A stretch of DNA of 64,000 nt, from positions 3,038,001-3,102,000 of the forward strand of contig CM074808.1 in the NCBI GenBank assembly GCA_037447605.1. Reading direction: 5' to 3'. The notes beneath the pieces are model-generated. The model ran no database searches, was not told the origin of the DNA, and saw nothing but the letters and a program-made list of their open reading frames with translations. A program made the translations under genes and the position numbers. The stretch's first letter is position 1. Each line of letters begins with the position of its first letter. This stretch comes from Zygnema circumcarinatum SAG 698-1b (taxonomy: Eukaryota > Plantae > Zygnematophyceae). This document shows positions 45,969 through 56,626 of this stretch, in pieces.

Positions 45969-46470
45969 GCGGGAAGGAGGGAGGCGGGAGGAGGGAGGGA
46001 GGAGGGAGGAGGGAGGAGGGAGGAGGGAGGAGGGAGGAAGGAGGGAGGAGGAAGGAGGGAGGAGGGAGGGAGAAGGAGGAAGGAGGAAGGAGGAGGGAGG
46101 AGGGAGGAGGGAGGAAGGGAGAAGGAGGAAGGAGGAAGGAGGAAGGAGGGAGGAGGAAGGAGGAAGGAGGGAGTAGGAAGGAGGAAGGAGGGAGGGAGGA
46201 GGAAGGAGGGAGGAGGATGGTGGAAGGAGGGAGGAAGGAGGAAGGAGGGAGGAGGAAGGAGGAAGGAGGAAGGAGGGATGAAGGAGGAAGGAGGGAGGAT
46301 GAAGGAGGAAGGAGGAAGGAGGAAGGAGGAATGAGGGAGGAGGAAGGAGGAAGGAGGAAGGAGGGAGTAGGGAGGAGGAAGGAGGAAGGAGGGAGGAGGA
46401 AGGAGGAAAGAGGAAGGAGGAAGGAGGAAGGAGGAAAGAAGAAAGAGGAAGGAAGAAAGAGGAAGGAGGA
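45969..46470. repeat. ~500 bp polypurine (GGA/GGAA/GGGA) low-complexity tract
   Basis: Almost pure G+A on the + strand, built from ggaggaa and ggaggga units. Confidence 0.95.
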
Positions 46471-47033
46471 AGAAGGAAAGAGCGCGCTGTCATGGCTTCG
46501 AATGCAAAGACGTTGGCCATGAAAGAGCCAGTTGGGCATGACCAATGAGTTTGTCGAACAGTAGCACATTGTAAGTATTTTATATATGAATGTATGTATG
46601 TATGTATCCGTCCGGCAGGCAGGCAGGGGGGTGGGGCCTGAATGCTGCGCTAAAGATTAAGACAGTCGCATCCAAGCACGTTCAGCAGCACCAACAAGCG
46701 AAAAGTGATCACAGAATTCCCTGCCTCTTTTAAATGTCATGGGAACAAATCGCCACTGACAAGATCATTGGTCGAGCTTCGTCAGTTGCGCGGTTACTCC
46801 GAAAAAGTGCGCGCAGAAAATGGCAGGGGGGAAGGGATGGCGTAGGTATTAATCTATGGGGTTCCTGTAATCCCGACATAGTGGACCTTTCTAATTGGCA
46901 CACAAAATGAGGAAATTGCTCTCGACCTGCAGTTCGCGAGATATAGATCTGTGCATCTAATTCTGTCAGAGCTGCGACCTAACGCAGGGCCATCACAGTG
47001 GCGATCACAATTTCCGATGCCGGAGCTTCTGAC

Positions 47034-50000
47034 CTAGGCTGTTATAAACTGCTTCAGCGAATCCTCCGCTGCAACGTCCCGACAGGGCTGCGAAAATCAG
47101 CAACAATAGACGTGTCAGAACAAGGCAAATGAGTCCACATTCCCTGCAAAAAAGCACCAAAATTTTGTAATTTTTTGCGTCGGCATGCGTCCCCTGACCT
47201 TCAGCTTTTGGAAAGCTTCTCGAAGAGCCTCCTGCCGAACCTTTCGTTCCGGTGCCTCTACCACCATCTCCCACACCCGCCCAGTTTTGTAACCACTCTG
47301 AAAGAGCTGTAGGGACCTTAAGGGCCCTCCTCCTTCCTCCCGAGGAACGAGCTCAAGGGCATTATCTGCTCGGGTATTAAGAGACGCCAAGTCCTTCATG
47401 TCCGAATACGACTCGCGGTCCACGAGCAGCTTGCTGCGACCCTCCTTGAAGGCGATTAGCTGCAAAGGGATTCAAAAGGTGCCGTTAACGGTCAGTCCCA
47501 CAACCATTCCAGAGCGCGCTCACTGAACAGAGGCAATTCCCCCCAAACTGCAAGGATACAGTATGTAGAGTGTACAGTTTCAGTGTCCCATGTTCTACAT
47601 TCTTAAAAGCTATCTTTTCTTTAAGGGGTTTAGGGCCTTTATCTCAAGGGTGGTTGCAAGGGGTGTGAAGACTCAGACCTTGGGAGGTCGTCCCATGGCA
47701 TCAGTGTTGTAGATGGACGCTTTGTCCACCAGCTCGGAGTAACGTTCCAACGACTGAGCAAACAGCCGATGGGACCGCAGTTGACCCCCGACCGGAACCC
47801 CTCTTTTGGTCAAAATTGCTCGCCTTCATTGCCAAAAGTCAACAACAAAAAGGTAAAATCAGTTAAACAGTCAGTCATCTTTCAAGTTTTTGACTTCATG
47901 AACACCTATCTCTTCGCACATTTAGACTTTGACGAGATCAAAAAGGCTTTTTAAGCTCTTCAGGAGAAAAGAAACCCCCACATACCTCATCGCCCGCATG
48001 ACGGCCAAGTGCGCATCACACACCACTCCCACCATCTCAATCCTGTACGGAAGCCTCCCCTCCTTCCCGCCCACTATGTGGCCATTCCCGGAAGTTTCCG
48101 CAGTCTCCTCCTCTCCCTCCCCTACCTGCTCCCAGTACTGTTCCTGCACGGTGCCATCTGGCAGCTTCCGATAGCCCGGTCCCAACCGGTATCGGACTTT
48201 GTGCACGTTGCGGGCCATGGCGATGGTTTGGGCGACGAAGGGTTCCCATGACATAGTTCCGTCGAAGATGACATCGCGGCCCTCGTTCAAGGCTGTGACT
48301 AACATAGAAGATGCAGCAGCCGTGGATTCGTCATGCACCTAAACAAGGGGTTGAAGATTTCAGTCCGCAAAGATCAAGTGTTGTATTATTGCCTTGCAGG
48401 ATTTCTTGGGTGTTTTGCAATTGATTGATGGTATCTAAGTCAGCAGGAAGAGGATGAGAACGCAAGGGTAACAATCCTTGTAAGCACCTTAAGAAAAACC
48501 GTAGGGCAACATCCGAAGGACCACAAACATAGCCCAAAACTTGAAAGGAAATCAGTACAAACGCAAGAACGCCTTAAGTTTGCTAATCTGAAAAGGGTAC
48601 AAGCCATACATACCATCTGTGCGACACTCGCAACATCACCGGCGCTTTGTTCCAAAAGTGCCTTGTAGACCACATCTTTCTCCTTAAAAGCGTCCGCTTC
48701 AACAATAACCGCAGTCTGTGCAATCTTCGACCAGAATGGCCTGCCAAAAAAAACGGGGAGGGAAAGCAAGCGAGAAGGAGAGAGAGAGAGAGAGAATGAA
48801 GAGACGAAAAAGATGAGGAAGGAGAAAAATCTCCAATTACGTACTCTTACATTCACGCCTGCTTCTCATCCAGCATCATTCCATTCACCATCATTCAGGT
48901 GACCGTGGAAAAAAGCACCCCATGAACGACTGCTTTTCTCTCACGTCTTCATGACCTCCCCGGCGACGGTCGACTTTCCGGCGCCCATCCCCCCTCCCAG
49001 CATGAGCAGGACGGGGCATCTGACAGAGTCGTCCGCGGGCACCATCACTTCGCCTTCCGTCGGAATGCCGGAGCCCCCTTTGTTGTTTTGGTGGAGCATT
49101 TTCATTTCCTCCAAGAGCACGGAAAGCTTCCTCTGAGGGCCCAAGTGGTCCAGCACCTTCTTGAAACGCTGCGCGCTGCACACACATTCAGCCCGCCCTG
49201 CATTGATATCACGTTTGATAAAGCAAATTTTACAATCGAGGATGTGTTAAACCCAGTGTAGAATGTTCGATGCGCAAAAGCGGTATCCTCGATAACTTTG
49301 GCATACCCTTACTATTCATTTACCGCTTTAGATACTTAAGGGCCTGACAATATTGAAAACCAAAGAAATAACGCACCGTGTTGCTATGAGCACGGCGTCT
49401 TTGAATGAGTATTTCCTTTTTGGTCCTTTGATGATCTGCAAGCCTCCTCAGCCAAAATGTCATGCTCCCAAAACAAAACCTTCACCCTCACGATCTCCGT
49501 CCCTCCTCCGCATTCCAACCCACCAAATACCTCTCACAAGTCCTCGTTTCCATAGCTTCCGACCCTTCCCACTGATCCCCATAGCATTCCCGAGCCCTTC
49601 CCCATTGCTGATTGTATGAACCTCATTTCCAACAAACCCTAGCAGCTACCTGCTCCACCATGATCCCTGCATGTTTCCAATGGAACGCGAAGTAAGTGAG
49701 CATGCACGCGTCGAGCTCCTCCACAAAGTCCCGCACGAGGCGGGCGCTCTCCTCCTGCGAAACTTCCGCGCAGGCGCTGGCCGCGAGCAGCAGGACCTGC
49801 TCCCGGCTCTTGTCCGCCGCCGTCTTGTCGCCCCGCACGTAGTCGTCCGCCGCCTGCGCCACCGCCGCCGCGACGCTCCCCCCGCCGGCGAGCCCGAGCT
49901 GCCGCACTGCGCGCCATGCACCGCCATGCAAGCCGGCGGTTAGGGTTGGGTTTTCCGGCTGGAACCGGGAACTGCCGCCACATGACATGGAACTGCGGCC

Positions 50001-51018
50001 CGTTCGACGGTTCCCGTGGCCAATAACGGGACTGAGCGGGCGAGCGCAGAGCAGGACCGTGAAAAAAGGAAGTGATGAGAAACACGGGTCTGGACAAAAT
50101 CTCTGATCCGTACATTGTCGGCAGCCAATCAGAGAACGAGAAAAGTCCTACAAATAAATCGACCGGCTGACTAACGTCCAATCAAACGGCTTCGGAAGTA
50201 CGAGGATCTCCTGTCCGTACGTGGTCCCCAACCCTCACATCTAGCCGTACGCGTCCGTACAATCTTTCCGACTCGAGGACACCGGTCCAGAAACAGCAAC
50301 AAGACAATGAAAAACGACAAACTAAAGTGACGGTGGGTTTCCAGTTTTGCCCTCCCTCGCTCCCACAAGTTGGAGCACCAACTTAAGAAGATGGTCGCAA
50401 GCATGAAACCATCGATACGGAATTTGTTCAACAAACGGAACTCGTCTAGCGCTCATACGGTTCCACAATTGAGGGTCGAAAAATTTGAAGATTAAGCCCA
50501 TGTTGGAACGCCCTGATGGCAATTCGCGATGTTGGTTTTCAGACTTTCCTGGTTGAGCATGGACAGGGAAGTCTGAGCCTGCTGAGATTGAAGATTTTAC
50601 TGTACTCATTTTCCCTATTTTGAAACCCATCGAACGGCAGACGGTGGAGCATGTCGCACCCTCCAGAACTTCTACTTTCTCCTTTTTCACGCTATCATCA
50701 TCAGCAGATCAAACACAAGAGCATGCGAGAGGGGACTGCAGTGGGCAAAACATAAGAGGAAACTCGACAGATAAGGGAGAGGTAAGGGAACGCTGACGTC
50801 AGCCCTAACCAGAGGCCGAAGCACCCACCGACATATTCACCGAACTTCTCGATGCTCTTCACTTCGCCTCCGCCGCCGCCATCGGCCTTGGGAGATAGCC
50901 TCTGCCTGCTCGCTCGCCACGTGGTCAGCAGCCACCTCCGCGTGAGCTCTACTGCCAGCGCGACACCTGTCAGCCCGAGCAGCAGGGGGCCCCGCCCAGA
51001 CTTGGATCGACCCGCCAT
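47034..51018 (-). CDS. Calmodulin/Ca2+-dependent NAD kinase-like protein (P-loop, zeta-toxin-like domain), multi-exon
   Basis: Exon 1 (51018-50829) gives a TM-like anchor and EKFGEYV, spliced to VRQLGL...ELDACMLTYFAFHW. Then PVLLMLGGGMGAGKST, VIVEADAFKE, GRDVIFDGTMSWEPFV, YRIEMVGVVCD, QLRSHRLFA. The start could be 51051 or 51141; the end could be 47115 if the last intron is not spliced. Confidence 0.85.
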
Positions 51019-51691
51019 GGCCTCAAGCACGTGGAACCCGGATCGGCTCATGCATGCAGGCACGAAGTCGAGCTCCGCCGCCCCCTGGCCATGGCTGCCC
51101 CCCTCTCCCTTGCCCTCCTCCCTTCTCGCCCTCCCCTCCACGCGGGGGGGTTGTACGGTATCGGATCGCCCCTCCGTCAGAGTCCCCGCAGAAAACGGAA
51201 GCTTCGTTTGTACGGGTGTCCGTACCGCCTTGTTATTCCGTTAGGGCCGTAGCGTATCGTATCTTATTGCAAGGCTTTGTCGAAGACGATATGGCGATAT
51301 ATTGGCTTGCGATTTCTCGATGTTTGAGTATGCTCGATGCGATATATTTCGAATATCGATCTCTACCCGGGCCCATCGCATCATGAACCGTCGACAGATG
51401 TCACGTTCACATAGAACTTAACGCTGTTCCGTTTCCGACCCGATTTCCAAATTCCGTGCATGTAGCTGCTGCGTTCAACTGCCGCCCCGGCGCCCGCCGG
51501 TACGGTGACGTCCCCTCCCGCCGGTGCGAGAGATTCGCTCGTGCGAGTCGGACGCCTTTCCCTCACCAGCGCTAGGGATGGATGTTAGCAAAAATTTTTA
51601 GAAGGCAAGCCGTTTTATAAAACACTTTTAGAATGTTCGTACATTCATACGGTCGTGCGATCGTACGGCAGCCTCTTTGACGGGCCAGCTC

Positions 51692-52443
51692 CAGGCCTCC
51701 TCAAATAGGGGAGTTTGACCTAATATAGGGGACTTCCCCTAAACTGGTTTGAAAAAAATCGTAAATAATACATGTACGGACAACAAATACGTACGGTTAT
51801 GTACGCCCTTTTCGCGGGCATGATATTTTTGAGTACTGTAGTTTGAAGCAGTTCTAAAGCTGTCGTCTTGTTGAGCCTCGACCTAGTAGCAACAACAATG
51901 GAGTAAGGACAATTTGTATTTCATTTTCAATTTCAATTCGTATTTCAGATTTTTTTGTTGTTGCTGAAACCAGGGAGGTTATGGTTTGGAATTTAGTTTT
52001 GTGAGGAGGTTTCTATAGTATGATAGGTTCTAAGAAGGTGATGTTTGGAGTAATTCATGATAAATGGAAATAGATGTGAAGAGCTTTGGCTAGGGCCTGC
52101 AAATATTTGATGCAGTTGGGTCTTCGATGAGTAGCTATATGTTGTGATTGCCAAATGCACGTGTGTTCTGATTGATTGGTAAAAAATCCAATCTACAAAA
52201 GTCGAAGAGTTTGCGCCAATTTTTAAAGCCGTGTTGTTAAGCCAACAAGTAGAGTTCATGTACCTGTGATGACATCGCCATCGTGAGTGCAATGCCAATC
52301 CATTTTACGTTTGTTTTAACCAAATGGCTTTTTTTAGAGCCTTTTATGGTGTTTAAGGTAAGACCCCCTAAACTGATGCCTATGTGTCCCTTGAATAAGC
52401 TATTTACGCTATTTGAGGGAGACCCCTTATTTGAGGAAGTCTG
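51692..52443. mobile_element. Non-autonomous hAT-type element, 752 bp, 8-bp TSD GCCAGCTC
   Basis: TSD at 51684-51691 and 52444-52451. Termini CAGGCCTCCTCAAATAGGG and CCCTTATTTGAGGAAGTCTG. Interior related to 31481-31812. Confidence 0.85.
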
Positions 52444-52578
52444 GCCAGCTCCATTCGCAACTGGAACCTAACCTAATTTTGAGATGGCACAACCGTACGA
52501 CCGTACATTCAGTTCAACTTCCATGTTCGTACGAAATTTTAAAAGTGTTCTAAAACTCTAAAACTCCCGATTATTAAA

Positions 52579-53516
52579 GGGTAGTGATATTTCCACCCCT
52601 TTTTTGGATCCAAACACCCCTTCCCGGCCGGGCAGATTTCAAAAAGGATTAAAAACGGAAAATGCTTTTTTCACACCTTTTTGGAATCGATACCCACCCT
52701 CCATCGGCAGATTGTATTTTTGCGAAACAAGGAAAATTATAACCCTTCACTCCATTTGAATATCCCGCTTACCTGATTTTTTTTTCACGCGTGCGGTCAA
52801 TCGCAGCCGTCGATTCCCTCGCAGATCGCAACGAGGCAGATCACTATTTCATCTGCAGCCGGGCTCGGTCACAGCGAATGGCACGGGCCCACGTATCTTG
52901 CCAAAGTCGTCTCAAAAATTTGTCCGTACAAATATCGTACGGTCGTACCAAAAATTTTGTACATTGAGAGTTTGGACCAATCAAAATTTTCCACGTCAAA
53001 AATTTAACACGTGGCAAATGTTGATTGGCTGGGAGCTGACAATAGAACAAGATCTCGGGCCGAGGTACGCGCGCACTCGCAAGTGCGATCCGGCTTTGAC
53101 GGGACTCGTGGGCGCTTTCCATTCGCTGAGATCAAGGCCGGCTGCAGATCGAACGGTGATCTGCAGTGGTGCGATCTGCGAGGGAATCGACAGCTGCGAT
53201 TGACACACACGTGTGAAAGACGGACACCCGCGAACGATCTCGTGGCGAACGGATCTTCCGCTCCGAGCGGATTCGGGCAGGCAGATATTTCTTTCCCTCA
53301 AAAAAAAAATTCAGGTAGGCGGGATACAGTATTCAAAATGCGGTGACGGGGTATCATTTTCCTTGGTTAGCAAAAATAAAATCAGCCGACGGAAGAAGGT
53401 GGGTATCGATTCCAAAAAGGTGTGAAAAAAGCATTTTCCGTTTTTAATCCCTTTTGAAATCTGCCCGGCCGGGAAGGGGTGTTTGATCCAAAAAAGGGGT
53501 GGAAATATCACTACCC
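52579..53516. mobile_element. Foldback/long-TIR non-autonomous DNA transposon (Mutator-like), 938 bp, 8-bp TSD TTATTAAA
   Basis: Near-perfect TIRs of about 120 bp beginning GGGTAGTGATATTTCCACCCC, degenerate symmetry out to about 300 bp, and a central hairpin (52977-52996 with 53009-53028). TSD at 52571-52578 and 53517-53524. No transposase ORF. Confidence 0.9.
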
Positions 53517-56500
53517 TTATTAAAACGTTCTAATAGGGGGTGTCAGACTTAAAAAATTTCAGTACGCGTGTTCGTAAGTTTGACATCAGAACGAGTACTC
53601 CAGCATAATCGCGATCCTTCTGCGGCGGAGTACTTTCGTAACCTTTTTTTTCGTAACGCTTTTCGTAAGATTTTGTTAAGTCTGACACCCCCTAATAGTG
53701 AAATCTAAACTCTAAAAAGTCACTTGTACGGACTTCCGTCCATCCCTAATCGCCTAATCGGCCTCTCGCCCGCCCGCCCGCCCGCCCATCGTACGGCACA
53801 GATCTCTCGCCAGATAAAGTCCACCCACCGACTGACGTCATCCCTTGTCCGGTCAGCAACCTCGGGCACCAAAAGACGTCACTAGCACGTGTGTGGTAAT
53901 GAGATCCGCTCCGTCTTTGTCTGAACGTTTGTCCTCTCCACCCACTCCCTCTCCTCCCCCCTCTCTCCCCCTCTCTCTCTCTGTCTCCCGCCCTTCCTCT
54001 CCCCTTTCTCCTCGGCCTCGGGGCAAACAGAGAGGCGTTTGACAAGAGATTAGGGTTAGGGACGCAGCTCCGGTGATGCCTGGGAGGCGGAATGCTGAAT
54101 AGGTCGCAGAAATCGAAAGATTTTATTCGCAAGGTGTACGTTTCTACATACAAAGATCGCTGGTGGCAGAGTTAGGGCGCGCTTCATAATTGAACCCTGA
54201 GCTCTAGGCGTTGTAGGGCTTGAATAACGGTAAGAACGAGGTTTTTTGGAAAAAATTGTAATGTTTTGACATCAGGAACGCGTTTAGGGTTTTGAGCGAG
54301 CAAGGCGATTGATATATATACTTACCTCCCTCAGTCGTTTCCTAAACAAGTGGATGTTCTGAAGCCATTTTTTCTCAGTCGATCCATTCTTAGCAGATAT
54401 TATTTTTATATCGTTTCTCCTGCAATCGAACGCCCTGTGTGCGCTTGTTGAAAGCTATTGACACGGATACATTTACAATTGTTCCGGGATGCAGGAACAA
54501 TGTTTTCGAGGAGCATGCTAGTCAAACCTCGAGAATCCCAGTGCAGGTATTCAGGTTCATACCATAAAGCTTGAACATTTCTGGCTACAAAGGGTCCCTC
54601 CCTCCCTCCCTCCTGTTCTCGATATAGTATATTGAATTGATACTTCTTCACGTAAAAAGAAGAAGTTTTGCAGCTGTAGCTATCATCCGGATGTTTATGC
54701 GAAACTCGTAATGAATCAAAGTTTCCAATCTGTTTCAATGTCTGACAGCTATAGCTGCTTTCGNNNNNNNNNNTAACACGTGGCAAATTTTGATTGGCTG
54801 GGAGCTGACAATAGAACAAGATCTCGGGCCGAGGTACGCGCGCACTCGCAAGTGCGATCCGGCTTTGACGGGACTCGTGGGCGCTTTCCATTCGCTGAGA
54901 TCAAGGCCGGCTGCAGATCGAACGGTGATCTGCAGTGGTGCGATCTGCGAGGGAATCGACAGCTGCGATTGACACACACGTGTGAAAGACGGACACCCGC
55001 GAACGATCTCGTGGCGAACGGATCTTCCGCTCCGAGCGGATTCGGGCAGGCAGATATTTCTTTCCCTCAAAAAAAAAATTCAGGTAGGCGGGATACAGTA
55101 TTCAAAATGCGGTGACGGGGTATCATTTTCCTTGGTTAGCAAAAATAAAATCAGCCGACGGAAGAAGGTGGGTATCGATTCCAAAAAGGTGTGAAAAAAG
55201 CATTTTCCGTTTTTAATCCCTTTTGAAATCTGCCCGGCCGGGAAGGGGTGTTTGGGATCCAAAAAAGGGGTGGAAATATCACTACCCTTATTAAAACGTT
55301 CTAATAGGGGGTGTCAGACTTAAAAAATTTCAGTACGCGTGTTCGTAAGTTTGACATCAGAACGAGTACTCCAGCATAATCGCGATCCTTCTGCGGCGGA
55401 GTACTTTCGTAACCTTTTTTTTCGTAACGCTTTTCGTAAGATTTTGTTAAGTCTGACACCCCCTAATAGTGAAATCTAAACTCTAAAAAGTCACTTGTAC
55501 GGACTTCCGTCCATCCCTAATCGCCTAATCGGCCTCTCGCCCGCCCGCCCGCCCGCCCATCGTACGGCACAGATCTCTCGCCAGATAAAGTCCACCCACC
55601 GACTGACGTCATCCCTTGTCCGGTCAGCAACCTCGGGCACCAAAAGACGTCACTAGCACGTGTGTGGTAATGAGATCCGCTCCGTCTTTGTCTGAACGTT
55701 TGTCCTCTCCACCCACTCCCTCTCCTCCCCCCTCTCTCCCCCTCTCTCTCTCTGTCTCCCGCCCTTCCTCTCCCCTTTCTCCTCGGCCTCGGGGCAAACA
55801 GAGAGGCGTTTGACAAGAGATTAGGGTTAGGGACGCAGCTCCGGTGATGCCTGGGAGGCGGAATGCTGAATAGGTCGCAGAAATCGAAAGATTTTATTCG
55901 CAAGGTGTACGTTTCTACATACAAAGATCGCTGGTGGCAGAGTTAGGGCGCGCTTCATAATTGAACCCTGAGCTCTAGGCGTTGTAGGGCTTGAATAACG
56001 GTAAGAACGAGGTTTTTTGGAAAAAATTGTAATGTTTTGACATCAGGAACGCGTTTAGGGTTTTGAGCGAGCAAGGCGATTGATATATATACTTACCTCC
56101 CTCAGTCGTTTCCTAAACAAGTGGATGTTCTGAAGCCATTTTTTCTCAGTCGATCCATTCTTAGCAGATATTATTTTTATATCGTTTCTCCTGCAATCGA
56201 ACGCCCTGTGTGCGCTTGTTGAAAGCTATTGACACGGATACATTTACAATTGTTCCGGGATGCAGGAACAATGTTTTCGAGGAGCATGCTAGTCAAACCT
56301 CGAGAATCCCAGTGCAGGTATTCAGGTTCATACCATAAAGCTTGAACATTTCTGGCTACAAAGGGTCCCTCCCTCCCTCCCTCCTGTTCTCGATATAGTA
56401 TATTGAATTGATACTTCTTCACGTAAAAAGAAGAAGTTTTGCAGCTGTAGCTATCATCCGGATGTTTATGCGAAACTCGTAATGAATCAAAGTTTCCAAT

Positions 56501-56534
56501 CTGTTTCAATGTCTGACAGCTATAGCTGCTTTCG
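53005..56534. repeat. 1.76 kb direct duplication (53005-54763 and 54774-56534) across a 10-N gap
   Basis: The two units differ at only a few bases by eye. The N run is at 54764-54773. The ORF track shows identical duplicated peptides. Confidence 0.95.
53536..53692. mobile_element. 157-bp MITE with TIR GGGGGTGTCAGACTTAA, TSD TA (extends to TAATA)
   Basis: Perfect 17-bp TIRs read directly. A second copy at 55307-55463 lies within the duplicated block. Confidence 0.85.
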
Positions 56535-56626
56535 TTTGATCTGGGGGTGCCAGATCGTACAAAACAGCAACTTATTGACCTTGAGCCGACAGCACCTTCC
56601 CTACCGTGGTTGAAAGGCTTAGAAAT

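Larger units (their letters stand above)
51573..53748. mobile_element. Older palindromic hAT-like host element with TAGGGATGGA termini, containing younger insertions
   Basis: TAGGGATGGA at 51573 and TCCATCCCTA ending at 53748. Internal arms 51622-51668 and 52493-52556 are inverted copies of each other. No TSD recovered. Confidence 0.45.

Noticed and set aside
45754-46569. Glu/Gly/Arg-rich and Pro/Ser/Leu-rich ORFs
   Set aside because: Artefacts of the polypurine tract; no domain or splice support.
47922-49183. Zeta-toxin/toxin-antitoxin module
   Set aside because: The P-loop domain is part of a spliced gene matching the plant calmodulin-dependent NAD kinase family along its whole length.
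50322-50690. 122-aa ORF
   Set aside because: It lies inside NAD kinase intron 1, with no recognisable motif or splice support.
54318-54330. ATACTTACCT resembling the U1 snRNA 5' end
   Set aside because: The match stops after 10 nt, with no U1 stem-loops or Sm site. It is equally a donor-like sequence on the minus strand.
52844-55262. ORFs within the long-TIR element as a possible transposase
   Set aside because: Short, with no DDE, zinc-finger or hAT dimerisation motifs; they are duplicated only because the DNA is.
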